A DNA stretch of 64,000 nucleotides from Hemiscyllium ocellatum (GCF_020745735.1 NW_026867487.1:3348001-3412000); one strand, 5' to 3'. Shown: positions 38,361 to 51,699, numbered from the stretch's first letter. Numbers and translations are program-made. The notes: a model not told the origin generated them from the letters alone.

Positions 38361-38975
38361 CTAAAATGGGGAATTGAAAATTCTGATAGATTAACCTCCG
38401 TCCATGATAAGCAATAACCCAGATTCGCTGCACACTTTTCTCTCAAGACTCTACACTTTTACTTCGAACAATCCTCAACTGAAGTCATATTTGAGGATAA
38501 CCAGATAAGGTGTGACCCAGATTGGCGGCAGCACATCCAGATTTCTACCACAAACATTACCTTGACAGTCCCCCAACTGTGCCCTCTGAACTTATGATCT
38601 CTCCTTACACATCACTGAACTCAGCCTCAAAGTTATCTAACAGCATATTTGATATCACTCTTACTCAATTCTCCTTTATTATGGACCTCTATTGCTCTTT
38701 CTCTGTTCCACAGGCTCAAGATTATCCTCGCCCTTGGGTGCTTTTCTGACTCACTGGAGAGAGACGCCTCACAGATTCGGATCCTCTGTTTCCCCGAATA
38801 ATGTTACACTGGCTATCTTCAGCACACTCAGCATTTGTGGCTGTGTGTATGCACGCGCATGCTCACGTAAGTATCTCTCCATGCAAAGAGGAATATATGT
38901 CAGAGCTGTGACTTAATTTTTAAATGGTCAGAGCGTTTTTGCTTTGCCATTCAATCTGTGTTGAAAGAACTAAAA

Positions 38976-39009
38976 TGTCACCCTCTGCAGGTGGGCTAAA
39001 ATTACTACA
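38976..39009 (-). promoter_or_regulatory. CTCF-like element in an orphan V-upstream block
   Basis: TGTAGTAAT-ttta-gcccaCCTGCAGAGGGTGACA. Confidence 0.55.
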
Positions 39010-40299
39010 ACTGACCATCGTGAAAATCACCAGGTGTTCAGTCAGAGGCAGAGCAACAGCATGCAGCATCATTCAATCTGACAGCTGCATTAACATACAC
39101 ACAGAAACACACAAACAAATAGGGTTAGTGTGGGGGTTAGTGCTGAGCTGTGTAAAGCGGACAGAGGAGTAATTATGGGAATGAAAGAGAGTCAGTGTGG
39201 AGAAATCAGACGTGGTCAGCACGTGGATTACAGATCTATCTAATCAGAACTTCTAAGGATGTTTCTTGTTTCAATTCATCACGTCAGACTCTTGAAACCT
39301 CCTGAGAAACAAACGCAGTCTATCTAGTCTTTCCATGTCTATCTCTGATCTGAACATATTCAGTGCCCAAGCTCTGTGGCAAATCATTCCGCATATCATT
39401 TTGTCTCTGACAGAAGAAATGCCTCCTCACCTTGAACTGCAATGTTATTTTTTATTTTGAGAACACGCCATCTGCTCTTATGTTCTCCAACAGGTGATTC
39501 TCAGTCCAAACCATCTTGTCCTTTTTCAAATTCAAATTCGGAAACAACATTATTACTGGATATTTTAAAAAAAAGCCCTTCATAATTGAATACTGGGTGG
39601 TAAGCAAACAAAAGGCAACAAATTACAAACCAATGACCATCTATATAGAGAAGGCTAAGGGCAACTGATTAATGGAAACACCATCAGCTGCACGAACCCT
39701 TCCAAGTCAATCCCCATTCTGACTTGGAAATGTAACACCATTCCTTCATTGTCGTTTCGTGAAAATCTTGCAATTCCCTCTCCAACAGTTCCATGTATCA
39801 ATATACACAGGAAGTAAGAGTGCAGCTTCAAAAGACATCATGAAATTATCTTTTCAATATGTATTAAGAACGAGCAACAAAGTACGCCAGCGAGCGAAGC
39901 CCACATCTCCTCAGGCAACAAATCATCTCTCAGCCAGTGGCATCTTTGGTGAATCAAGTCGACATATTTTACAAAAGCAAATGTTGCGAATTTGAGACTC
40001 TGTCACATGGCAGGCCAATGTGAGTGTTTAAATATGTTTTTTTTTACTGCCAAAGAGACAAGCACAGGAGTGTGATGAGAAAAAATATGTTTTAAAAGTT
40101 ACTCTGAGAACAATGAGGCTGAGTACATCTACTCAGATACAACCACTGAAATGAATGGCCAGTTTCCATTTGGGTGATACAATGTATTTTCATGCAGCAG
40201 GATGCTTGTACCCTTGATGGATCTCAACATTTCCCCAAAGTTCCAGCCTGGTGCCCCAAGGTTTACTGCAGTCCTTAGCACATAGTCTTGGACATTGGA

Positions 40300-41290
40300 A
40301 GATGCCAATCTGCAACACTTGGTCGGGGTCAACTACTTGTTCTGGAAGACTAATTTCGGGCAGACCAAAGACCGCCTCTCACCAACTTGATGGTCCTCCA
40401 GGCACAGTTGATGTCTGTCTCAGATGCATCCCAAGGAACAGAATGTAGAGCACAGAGTCCAGCTGCTGAGAAGGACAGTCGACAGAAACCACTTGCATCT
40501 TCCTCCAGACGTCCCTTGCAAAGGCACATTCCATAACGAGTTGTGTGACAGTTACAATCCCTTTACAGCCACTTCAAAGGCAACATGCAGTCGTGCTCGG
40601 TATTCATGAAACATCTTCGCAGCTAAAGCCAAGAGATGTCCTAGCGCTCCTTGGAAAGTTCTGGTAATGAGGCATTCTGCCAAATAACTTTGACAATCTG
40701 CTCAGGGAAGCACACAACAGGATCTATCCTCTGCTTTTCCCTCAAGATCTCGAGAAGATATTACATGCAGACTGCTTCCTGATGGACTTGTCATCAAATG
40801 CAATTTTTCCGCAAATTTCTTTACAAAGAACAGGTGATACGGAAGGATGAAACTACTTGCTGTGTTCCACTGCAGCGAGACCAGTCTTATCCTTCGTAAC
40901 ACTGGGGTTGGGTGCAACCTCACTACATAGTGACACTTGGTATTTGTGTGCTGAAGGTCGATAGAAAGCTTGATGCAACCACACACGAAGGTGGCTACCA
41001 GGATGAGGGGAACATTGGATACGTTCTTTTACCCCTTATCCGGAATTTTGTACATGAATTCTCTGAAGATCAGGTCCATATTATAGATGAAACGGAGGGT
41101 GTCTTGGGCGAGTTGAACAAAATAGTTTTGGGTGATGTGCCAGACCTGCAAACAACATGGAGAGTGCCTCACACTGATGACAAAGTTTTTAGCCAGAATG
41201 ACAAGGAAACGGTGCTCCCAAAAGCCCAGTTTCCACTTTGGCAATGTATCCCTCCCAAGGTTTTGCGCATGTCCTGGCCTCTCTGAACAA
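40300..41290 (-). mobile_element. L1/Tx1-like LINE remnant
   Basis: VWHI.QN...QDTLRFI...MYK.PDKG and CGCIKL...TKCHYVVR motifs. Confidence 0.65.
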
Positions 41291-41996
41291 TATTCCTATC
41301 ACCTTCTGTTAATATGTCCTGACTGTGAAGGGAAAAAAGTATTGCTTTTCAGAGTTTCAAAGAACGTAATCTTGTTCTTGCCTCGATTTATCTTTTCTCT
41401 CAATGCTTATTTTAAGTGACCGCGGATGACCATGAATCTGCACACTGACAGCGAATCCTAGCAGAAAATGGTAGGGTCATCCAGGGCTTTGAACTACCGG
41501 CCTCCACTGTTTGGAACATCCACCCATCTGAGACTCGCATCCTATCTGATGGACTCTGAAAAGTGCTCCACTTAATGCACAAACAACCCAGGAGAGTGTG
41601 TGCCACCCTGTCTTACTCCGAATCTGATTGGGCAGCTTTCAGATTCCCACCCATTGATTGAGACTGGACAAAGGTTGTTGGTGCAGAACAATCGGATCTA
41701 ATTGCAGATTCCCCCCCCCCCCCACCCCCGAAAGCCTGTTTTGGGTGGCAGGTGGCACATACCACACCTTCCAGAATTCTTGCTCCACCTTTTTAAGTGC
41801 AGTGACTTTAACCCAGATCAGGATGTTTCAATTCACTGGACGTCTGCTCTATTTATCCTTCAAGCATTGTCTCACCATCCCCACAAGGTAGTGAAGTGAT
41901 AACCAACAGAGCCACGTCAGCAATTTACTGAGGGCAGGGTGTTAGAATAGTTGCTTTCAAATATGCAACTCCACTGTTACATAGAGGATAGCGCCA

Positions 41997-42487
41997 ATGT
42001 GTCTACTCAGCATCTGGGTAGTATGGGTCACAATTCTAGCAGGTAAATGTAGAGGAAATCCATTGTATATTTCTTTTTCAAATCACAGTTTAAACTGAAC
42101 CCAGACTGATAATTTGTAAATGATATCTGTTTGCTCTTTCAGATTCAAGTCATGGAAGTTCTGTCACTGTCACTGTCCTCAGATGGTCCCTCAGAAGGAG
42201 AACCTGTGACTCTTAGCTGTACCTATGTTACTACATTGAGCAGCTTACACGTTTTACTGGTACCGACAGCACCCAGAAACACAGCTGGAGTATATACTGT
42301 TCATAAAGACTAATGGTTATCAGGATAAAGCTGATTTTGCTAAACGTTGCTCCTCAGCAGAACTTCAAATCTCGAAGAAACTCACTAGCATGACTATCAC
42401 TGGGCTAGAACTGACTGACTCGGCCATGTATTACTGCGCTCTCAGTGACACAGTGATGATAAACAGTCTGTTTCCTGTACAAAAATT
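41997..42487 (+). pseudogene. Family A V pseudogene with two frameshifts but an intact RSS
   Basis: Leader 41997-42042 intact; -2 nt in FR1, +1 nt in CDR1; WYRQHPETQLEY...DSAMYYCALS; CACAGTG-23-ACAAAAATT at 42449-42487. Confidence 0.92.
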
Positions 42488-43616
42488 GTTTTTGGACCAT
42501 AGATAGTTGCATTTATTGAGGTTTTTGTAGAGTGTCAGAAATTAATCCGTGCTTTCAGGGGCCTCACCAAACGCAAGGAAGGAAACCAAACTAACCCTGA
42601 ATCAAATTGTCACCTAACTGTTTCCCTGAACTGAGAAAATAAACTGCAAAATCTGAGCATACGAACAGAGACAGAACAGAATGATGTGTGACCACGCCTG
42701 TTCTGATCCCTGCCACCCTGAGATTTGCTCTGCTGTGATTTATAGACAGCCTGCTGGGAGACAGCTCTCCTTTCTGGAGTTTCACATCCTCATCGCCTAC
42801 TCAAGGTTAAGAGAGGGGAGCATTCTGAGACACTACAGCAGTTTGCTTAGGGCGGGGTTTTAGAATGACTGATGATGCTAATTTGATCGTATTGAGGGAA
42901 TGCTGCAGCAATCCTTTCTTCATTAATTTGCACACACGGAACTGTATCCATTTGTGTCAATCATAACATGGCCATTGGCTATATGTGTATGTGTGTGAGT
43001 GTTTTTATAAGTGTATGTGTGTCGATGTGTCTGTGTATTTGTGAGTGTCTGAGTATGTCTTACCTGTTTGCATTGAGTATGTGTCTTTGAGTGTTTTTAT
43101 GCGCATCAAAGTGCAAGAAGATTCAATGTTAGAATGAAATTATTCATATTGCACCTGTGCCGTACATCAGTCAATTTTCCTGAGCTGGTATTTCTCGGTT
43201 TCATTGCCAACCGTCTCATAATGATAGATTATTCCTGTTTATTTCTCCAAGGTCATTCAGTTCCGTCTCTTTTACTCTCTGTCTCAGGCTCACCTTCCTT
43301 CTCTAATTCTTTTAGATTCTTTGCAAATCAGTGAACTCAGCACAAAACTGGTTGGAGACACCACTATGACAAATAGGAAGTGTTGAGACATTGTCTTTAG
43401 TCTCAAATCATCGAGTTTTCTTTCTGACTGCATTTTCACAGTGGAGTGATTACACTATTTTTTCTCCCAGTGGAACTAATGTGGTGCATAAGCGGGCACA
43501 AGTCTTCGCATTTTGGATCGTGTGTGAGTAGAATATAACAGCTACCCTCCCTTGCTTTGGCCAGCTGCGCACTATACAGAACAGAGCTGCGGTTTATTTC
43601 ATTATCCTGTCAACAG

Positions 43617-43671
43617 ATGAAGGTGTGATTCAAATTGATTAACATCATTATCCTGAATGTAATCAACCCAG
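43617..43671 (+). pseudogene. Orphan type-D leader exon D5
   Basis: MKV*FKLINIIILNVINP, CCAG|GTGAGT. Confidence 0.7.
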
Positions 43672-43967
43672 GTGAGTTACTCTTGAGATTCTTAGGGCAT
43701 AGCGATATGCAGTATGAATATCCCTACCTTTGGGTCAAATAGATCTGGTTTCTAGATTCGCCTCGTCAAAACGTACGCATAACATTTCTGAAGAGTTTGA
43801 TCAGGAATCTGATGCACTTCGAATTCTGATCGATTTTGATTGATGTAATATTTCCATATTGAACACCGGGGAACCACAACGCTCATTTTCACTCAGTAAT
43901 TGCTGCTTCACTGCAACATTGTTGTGGTTGGGATCAGAACGCTCTCACTATAGCTTCTATCTCCTGG

Positions 43968-45097
43968 CGTTTCTGTACTAGGTGCTCATTGGTTTGTATC
44001 ACGATAATGATCACCACACAGACGTACGCGGCAGCATCCTCCCCACGATGTCTCTGATGGTCCAAGTGCTGCAGTTCGGTTCTCAGTGAAGATTGGTTTG
44101 ATTCTTTGTTGGTCTGAGCACCTTGCCCAAGGCAGTTGTCAGAAGCTGTGGCTCCAATCCACCACGCCACTGATACCACTTCGAGAAGATGATTGAGGTG
44201 TTGGTCCTGCATTTCATTGTCACCGTGGAACCTTTTACAGCTACTAATGCTGGAGGAATCTGTGGGAACCGCTCCATTACCGGGAGCTCTGTAACATGGT
44301 ATCAAACTTACATGGGAGAAATTTTGAGTGAAGAGAATGTTGCAAGCATTCAACTCACTAGAAACACGTCGCATTTCACAATGGGGAAACTTGCAATTCA
44401 TTCCAATGGGTATATCGTGGTGTATGTTTTGACATCTCGTGTCTTTTCAAACTGATTTTAATAAAGTCTAATCCCTTCACACCCTCGGGCTTTACAATAT
44501 GGCAGTTAAAGAAAGACACTAAAACCATTCACATTATCACAGTACATGTCAGAGACTTTGATTTTTAATACTCACTCTGAGAAAACGTCCTGACTTGAAG
44601 CACCAAAAATGCAGTTAGTTATTGGGTGATTAGACGCCTGAGAAGATGGGAGCGTCGCTGGATGGCAGTGTTTGTTACCTGTTCCAAATACTCGGAGAGA
44701 AAGTCGTGGTGCCTTTTAAAATGAATACATTCATTGTTGACGAGGTAGACCCAGGGAGCCGTGAGAGATTGGAGGACAGGATTTTGACATAACAGCACTG
44801 AAGGAACCGCCCGAAAAGTCCAAGTCAGTGTGGTGTGTGAATTGCCGGGGAATTTGATGTTGGTGGTGCTTCCACTTATCAGCTGCCCTTGTACTTCTCG
44901 ACCGAAGTGGCCATTGGTTTGGAAGGTTCTGGAATTATTTTTTTTCCTTACTTCCGAGCACCCAATTTCAGTGACAATTCTTTCTCAAAATGAAACCGTG
45001 AAAAATACATGACGGCCAAGGGTGAGAATCTAAATTATAACTCACCTGGGATTATTCCATTGAGCTTGAAGAAACTCAACAGCTCCTCTGCCTTCAT
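43968..45097 (-). pseudogene. Family B V pseudogene B3 (leader 45046-45097, 757-nt intron, V exon 44007-44288, degenerate 23-RSS 43968-44006)
   Basis: MKAEELLSFFKLNGIIP|ELPVMERFPQIPPALVAVKGSTVTMKCRTNTSIIFSKWYQWRGGLEPQLL; frameshifted RIKPIFTENRTAAL/TIRDIV/EDAAAYVCVV; tatcgtg-23-acagaaacg. Confidence 0.82.
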
Positions 45098-46149
45098 GAG
45101 TTATTGATAGGAGCACAAGACAGATGTAAGCGAAGGCTGTCTTCTCTATAGTGCACAAAATGGCACAGAAGGAAGTGGTGTTGTCATATTTGCACCAACA
45201 TCTTAAATAAAAGACGAAGACCTCCAATTGCTTTAATTTGTGTATGCAGATGTTAGTGTTAATGTGCATGTGCGTGTGTCAGACCGCTTGGTTGTACAAA
45301 TTTTCTTCGAGATATTTACACATTTAGTTTGAGGTGTTCTGCTATTATTGTTCTGTCTCATTGTCTGATGAAAGATGTGTTTAAAAGATTAGAAACATTC
45401 ACCTGGTGCGTTTTCTGAACGACCTAACGTGAGCCCAGAAACGGTGGACTGTCACTTTGTGTGATAAGTTGACTGGAGGGGCGATAATGAATTAATTGTT
45501 TAAAAAAAAGAATCTTTCGTTGTTTCACTCCCATTTGTTGAATGTGGTGCTAAGCCATCGTCTAATGACCGATTTCTTTACTGCACAAAAGGAAGGTCAA
45601 ACTGATCGGAGAGAGGACAGCAGTATAAAGCAGCTTTCAAACTGACAGCACCATCAACTCACACATCGAGACAGTGCACAGTATTTGCTACTTTCAAATC
45701 ACATCTTCAGCTGACATCCATAAACGCACTGGCGATATTCTAATATTTCTTATGTCCATTGTTTCTCATCATTCTCCCGCCTGTCAATATGAACACCCAT
45801 TTCCAATTCCTCCATGTCAATTTCCAAGACTAACAATACACCGTTCGTTAAGAGGTATTGTTTGCACTGAGGATGTTTCTGGAACAGCAATAGTTTGTAC
45901 GTAATGGACAGATCTTAAAATGTAACGAGGGTGATTCTTAAAGCAGGGTCAAATTTACATTCTCTTCATTTACAGGTTGCACTTCAGCGGTATTCCTGAT
46001 GCTGGAAAACTTGTAGAAATTCTTGATTTGCTCGTGACAGTTAACAGACAAGGCATTTATCTCCAATCATGGAGTCGCTACTGTCTATCCATTCCCATTA
46101 GAACCTTACCAGCGTAACCCAAAAGTAGCTTCTACTAATCCAGGGCTAA

Positions 46150-49100
46150 CAGCTTTTTTTCTTCCTTTTTTCACGAGGTCAGGGCATTGCTGGCTTGGCT
46201 AACTTTTGTAGCCCATTCATAACTTGCAAGAGCGCAGTTAAGAGTCAACCACATTGGCTGTTTGTAATGAGTAGACCAGACCAGGAGGCGATACAGTTTC
46301 CTTCCTGAAACAACATGAGTGAACAAGATGAGTTTTGTCTGCAATGGTTTCAAGGTCATTATCAGGCTCTCAATTCCATATGTTTGTGGAATTCATATTC
46401 TTCCATCTGCTACAGGTGAGATTTGAAGCCAGGTCCCCACTCTTTACCTGGGTCTGTTCTTTAACAGTGCTGTGATAATACCAGAAGACCATTGTGGAGA
46501 AGTGAGCATGAGCAAACTTGCTTTCTGTTGATGTACAGTATAATATGCCCAATACATCAATGAAATGCGTGGAGGAATCTTGTGCCAATACCCCCCTGAC
46601 TTTCTGTCAGGAGACACACTTTCAAGTACCACATACTCGAAAGGTGTGTGATGAAAACTTGGCCGTGTAGCCAAAAAGAAATAATATTTTCCTCTCGTGG
46701 GAAAGTAGAGCAACATAAGGTGTAATATCAGAATAAGGAGTCACGCATTTAAGTCAAGGATGAGGAGGCATTTCTTCCCCCGAGGGAAAAAAATCCGTTG
46801 AATTATTTACCGCAGTGTCTGTGTAATAAATGTGTTCAAGACTGAGATTTGTATGGAAAGACGATACAGTGTGGGCTTGTATCTTCTTGAGTTTGGAAGT
46901 GTCAGACATGTTTGAATTATAAGACGTTAAATCTGAGAGAACGTGACTGATATGGATATGGATCTTGGTTTGTGTGTCAAGTGATCACTGAAGATGGCAG
47001 CCCAGGTAGATAAAGTAATATAAAACGCCTATCGAATGTTTGCCGTCTTTGGACGGGATATTCAATGTATGCTTGGAATATTGCGCAGACTTCTGGTCAC
47101 CATACTTCCAGAGGGGTGTGGAAGCTTTGTAGAAGGTACAGAAAAAAGCTTACCAGGATGTTGCTTGGTGTGGTAGAGTGTTGCTATGTAGAAGCGTTGG
47201 ATAGACTGCGTTTGTTTTCTCTGGAATGCAGCAAGTTGTGGGGTGACCTGATAGAAATCTATAAGATTGTGAATGGTATGGATCGAATGGAAATGATAGC
47301 ATTTTATTTTCCAAGGGTGGAGGTCTCAGTTACTGGGGGACCCAGCTTTAAGGTATCGGGGCAAAATTTAAAATCGATTGGCGAGGGAAGGTGTTTCAAC
47401 CAAAGAGTCGTGAATACGTAGAACGTGCTGCCAGAGGAGGTCACAGAGTCATAGAGATGTACAGCATGGAAACAGACACTACAGTCCAATGCCTCCATGC
47501 TGATCAGATATCCCAAACCAATCGAATCCCACCTGCCAGCACTTCACCCATACCCCTCCAAACCCATCTTATTCATGTACCCATCCAAATGCCGTTTAAA
47601 TGTTACAATTGTATCAGCTTCCACCGCTTTTTCTGGTAGCTTATTCCATACACATATCACCCTCTGTGTGTAAAGGTTGCCCCTTAGGTCTCTTTTATAT
47701 CTTTCCCCTCTTACCCTAAACCTATGTCCCTCTAGTTCTGGACTCCCCCACCCCAGGGAAAATACTTCATCCATCCAACCTATCAATGCCCCTCATAATT
47801 ATGTAAACCTCTATAATGTCACCCCTCAGCCTTCGACATTCCAGAGAAAACAGCCCCAGCCTGTTCAACCTCTCTCCATAGCTCAAATCTTCCAACATTC
47901 GCAACATCCTTGTAAATCTTTTCTGAACCCTTTCAAGTTTCACAGCGTCTTCCTGACAGGTCGGAGACCAGAATTACGGATACACAATATTCCAACACTG
48001 GCGTAATCAATGTTCTGTCCAGCCGCAACATGACCTCCCAACTCCTGTATGCAATACTCTGACCATTAAAGGAATGCATACCACACGCCTTCTTCACTAT
48101 CCTATCTATCTGCGACTCCACTTTCAAGGAACTATGAACCTGCAAAGGTTTCTTTGTTGAGCAACACTCTCTAGGAGCTTACCATTAAGTGTATAAGTCC
48201 TGCTAAGATTTGCTTTCCCAAAATGCAGCACCTCGCATTTATCTGAATTAAACTCCATCTGCCACCTCTCAGCCCATTGGTCCATCTGGTCCAGATCCTG
48301 TTGTATTCTGAGATAACCTTCTTCGCTGTCCACTGCACCTCCAATTTTGGAGTCATCTGCAAACTTACTAACTATACCTCTTATGATCGCATCCAAATCA
48401 TTTATGTAAATGACAAAAAGTAGAGAAACCAGCACTTATTCTTATGGCACTCCACTGGTCACAGGCCTCCAATCTGATAAACAATTCCCCAACATCACAC
48501 TCTCTTCTATATTTGATCCAGTTCTGTAACCAAATAGCTACTTCTCCCTTCACTCCTTGAGATTTAGCCTTGCTAACCAGTGTCCCATGTAGATCACATC
48601 TACCAACCTGCCCTCATCAATGCTCTATGTTACTTCTTCAAAAAACTCAATCAAGTTTGTGAGACATGATTTCCCACGCACAAACCCATGCTGAGTATCC
48701 ATAATATAACCTTGCCTTTCCAAATACATGAACATCCTGTCCGTCAGGACTAGCTCCAACAACTTACCCACCACTGACGTCAAGCTCAATCGTCTATAGT
48801 TACCTGGCTATTCCTTACCACCCTTCTGAAGCAGTGGTACCTTGTTAGCCAATCTCCAGTCTTCTGGCATCTCACCTGTGACTATCGCTGATATAAATAT
48901 CTCAGCAAGAGGCCCAACAACCACTTCTCTAGCTTCCCACAGAGTTCTAGGGTGCACCTGATCAGGTCCTGCGGATTTATCTACCTTTATGCATTTCAAG
49001 ACATTCAGCATTTCCTCCTCTGTAATATAGACATTTTTTAAGGTGGTGGAAGCGGACACAATAGCAGCATTCTGGAGGCACTTGGACAAATACACGAATA

Positions 49101-49200
49101 GGCAGGAAACAGAGAGATACAGATGCTGTAAGTCTAAATTGTCAGCAGGGGCTCAGAGAACAAAATGGCCAGTTGCTGTGCTGCATTTTTTATTGTTCTT
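46150..49200. mobile_element. Cluster of SINE/CR1 LINE remnants (plus-strand CR1 ~46500-47430; minus-strand CR1 ~47440-49020)
   Basis: LFSLE..KLWGDLIEIYK; SKFADDSKIGG; PEDWRLANKVPL motifs. Confidence 0.85.
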
Positions 49201-49324
49201 TGATTATGTGGATCTGTTTACTACGCGCTGCACACATCTGTTTTCTCTAGACTGACCGTATTTCTAATTCCCTCAATGATCCATCTGAAATCTTCCCACT
49301 GGCCAGCTCTAATACTTGCATTTG

Positions 49325-49326
<2 letters not shown>

Positions 49327-49372
<46 letters not shown>
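49327..49372. repeat. (GT)n microsatellite
   Basis: Pure dinucleotide run. Confidence 0.95.
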
Positions 49373-49373
<1 letters not shown>

Positions 49374-50579
49374 TGTGTATACACGCTGAAGCTGCTGTAA
49401 GGTTGGATGCTGCTGTCTGCTGCTCAACTCCCTCTGAACAATTCACAAGCGAATTCCAGTTTGCTTCGTAAACAGCTTCATGCCACTACAGAGGAAGAAA
49501 ATGTTGTACTTTAAATGCGATTTGAAGTGAAGTTTTGAAGAGAGGTTTCGACTCTATTAAATTCAGCGAAAGCTTAAACAAATATTTACCATTTCACAGA
49601 TAGAAGCACTTGCAAGCTTTCTCTCTTCCTCTCTCTCTTTCTCCCCCTCCCGTCCACACACAGAAAGTGAGGTGCGAGAAATGAAGATTGCTACTTTAAA
49701 ATGATTCCGATGTAGAGTGGATCCTGTACTGTATGGCCTCTGTGTTCAGTCAATCAGCAAACACCCAACGAGTGTTAGATGAAAGTTGCGACTGAGCTCA
49801 GTGAAGAATTCAGAGAGGATCTAACGTGGGCAGAGTGTGCTCATATTGAGCTGAGGACGGAGAAACAGTAACAGAGGTCCAGAATAAGAGAGAATCCATT
49901 GAATGTGATATCAGGGATACTGCTGGATTCATCGAGCGTGTGGTGCACGAAACGTACAGCATCCAAGGAACAAGAGAATCGATATTTTGGGCATAAGCTC
50001 TTCGTTCCTCTCCGAATCGTCGATTATCCTTCTCCTCGGAGTTTGCCTGACCAGCTGTGCTTTTTCAGCACCATATACTCGATTTTGATACCCAGCATCT
50101 ACACTTCCTACTTTCCGCATACTGCTGGTTAAGGATGATATGAAATCCATTGGTGTGGAAATTTGGATTGTAATTTGAGAGGGAACAGTTTATGGGGATG
50201 CAAGCATCACGTGTGATGTAGAAATTTCGAGGGCGGTGTGGTCAATCTGGGGACTGACTGATTAATAACAAGAATTGGCGTGAATGTGGAAGTGGGGCAG
50301 GAAAGTAAAAGAGCAGTCTTGAGAGTGAAGGTACTGCAGATCTGGGGAATTGTTCAACATGGTTGGAAGTTAAGGCATTAGAATTCTCCATACTCCATTT
50401 TAAGTGCAATGACTGTAACTCAGATTGGGATGTGTCCATTCGCTGAGAATCTACTCTCTTTCTCCCGCCCATACAAGGCGTGGAACATTCAGACATACGT
50501 CAACTTTTTACTCACAGCCGCTTATTAGAATGTGTGTCTTCAAACTTCCGACTCTACTGTTGCACAGAGGGCAGCGACC

Positions 50580-51036
50580 ATGTGGACACTCATCATCTGG
50601 ATTTTGTGGGCAGCTAATCTAACAGGTCAACATGGATGAAATCTAATTTTTATTACGTTATCAAATAATCGTTCAGACTTGAGGTCACTCTGACTCTAGA
50701 CAATTTATGTCTGTTTTCTCTTTCAGATCTGAGTCATGGCGATTCTGTCACTCAGTCACTCTCCTCAGATATTCGGACAGAAGAAGAGGAAGTGACTCTA
50801 AGCTGTACCTATGATACCACATTGAGCAAATATTCATTATTCTGGTACCGACAGCATCCAGACTCACAGCCCGAGTTCATAGCGTTGAAAACTTATGCTG
50901 GTTATGAGGACAAAGCAGATTTTGCTGAAAGTCGCTTCTCAATCGAGCTTCAGACCTTGTATAAATTCACCAGTTTGACTATCACTGAGCTAGAACTGGC
51001 TGATGCTGCGGTGTATTACTGCGCTTTCTGGACCAG
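50580..51036 (+). CDS. TRAV/TRDV: Intact family A TCR V segment (leader 50580-50625, V exon 50727-51036)
   Basis: MWTLIIWILWAANLT-DLSHGDSVTQSLSSDIRTEEEEVTLSCTYDTTLSKYSLFWYRQHPDSQPEFIALK...DAAVYYCAFWTS; donor GTCAAC. Confidence 0.9.
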
Positions 51037-51075
51037 CACAGTGGTGTCAATCAGTCTCCCCCCTGTACAAAAATT
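51037..51075 (+). other. Near-canonical 23-RSS
   Basis: CACAGTG-23-ACAAAAATT. Confidence 0.95.
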
Positions 51076-51540
51076 GTCTTTGCATCATAGAATTATCGGT
51101 TTGAAGAGTTTTTTTTCGCAGATGTTCAGAACGTTACTATGTGCTTTCAGGACTTCCTATCTTCACCAAAAGGAAACCAAATTAACCTTGCATCGAACTG
51201 TCACCAAACTGTTTTTTGGAAATGCTAAGGAAATCAGCAGCAGACTGTGACCATACGCACAGATATAGGATTGAATCATGTGTGAACACACACATTCTAA
51301 TCCCCACAAACAACACTTCACTCTTCTCTGATTAGTGAACTGGGTGACAGCTCCTTCTCTGAGTTTCCCATCCTCATCGCCAACAGAAGATAGTGAGAAT
51401 GGAGCACCGAGAGATATCACAGCGGATTACTGAGAAGGGATAATTAAAATGGCTGAAGATGCTGATTTGATAGCATTGTTGGAAAGTTGTGTCAATCATT
51501 TCATCATCAGCGTGATCACATGGAGCTGTGTGCATTTACT

Positions 51541-51542
<2 letters not shown>

Positions 51543-51612
<70 letters not shown>
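51543..51612. repeat. (GT)n microsatellite
   Basis: Pure dinucleotide run. Confidence 0.95.
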
Positions 51613-51615
<3 letters not shown>

Positions 51616-51699
51616 CACATGTGCACATCAGTGTGTGAATGTGTGTGTTTCTGAGAGTATGTGTGAGTGACGATTCTGTGCTTTGAAGAGGTGTGCTTT

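Noticed and set aside
43968-44288. Family B as IgNAR/NAR-TCR V
   Set aside because: The Trp-Cys spacing is short but longer than in VNAR, and it lacks VNAR-type RVDQTP/GGRYVE/SFSLRI motifs; the ending looks TCR-like.
44569-44640. Closer GTGAGT donor as the leader of B3
   Set aside because: No in-frame ATG. The exon at 45046-45097 has an ATG, the right phase and paralogues at matching distance in B1 and B2.
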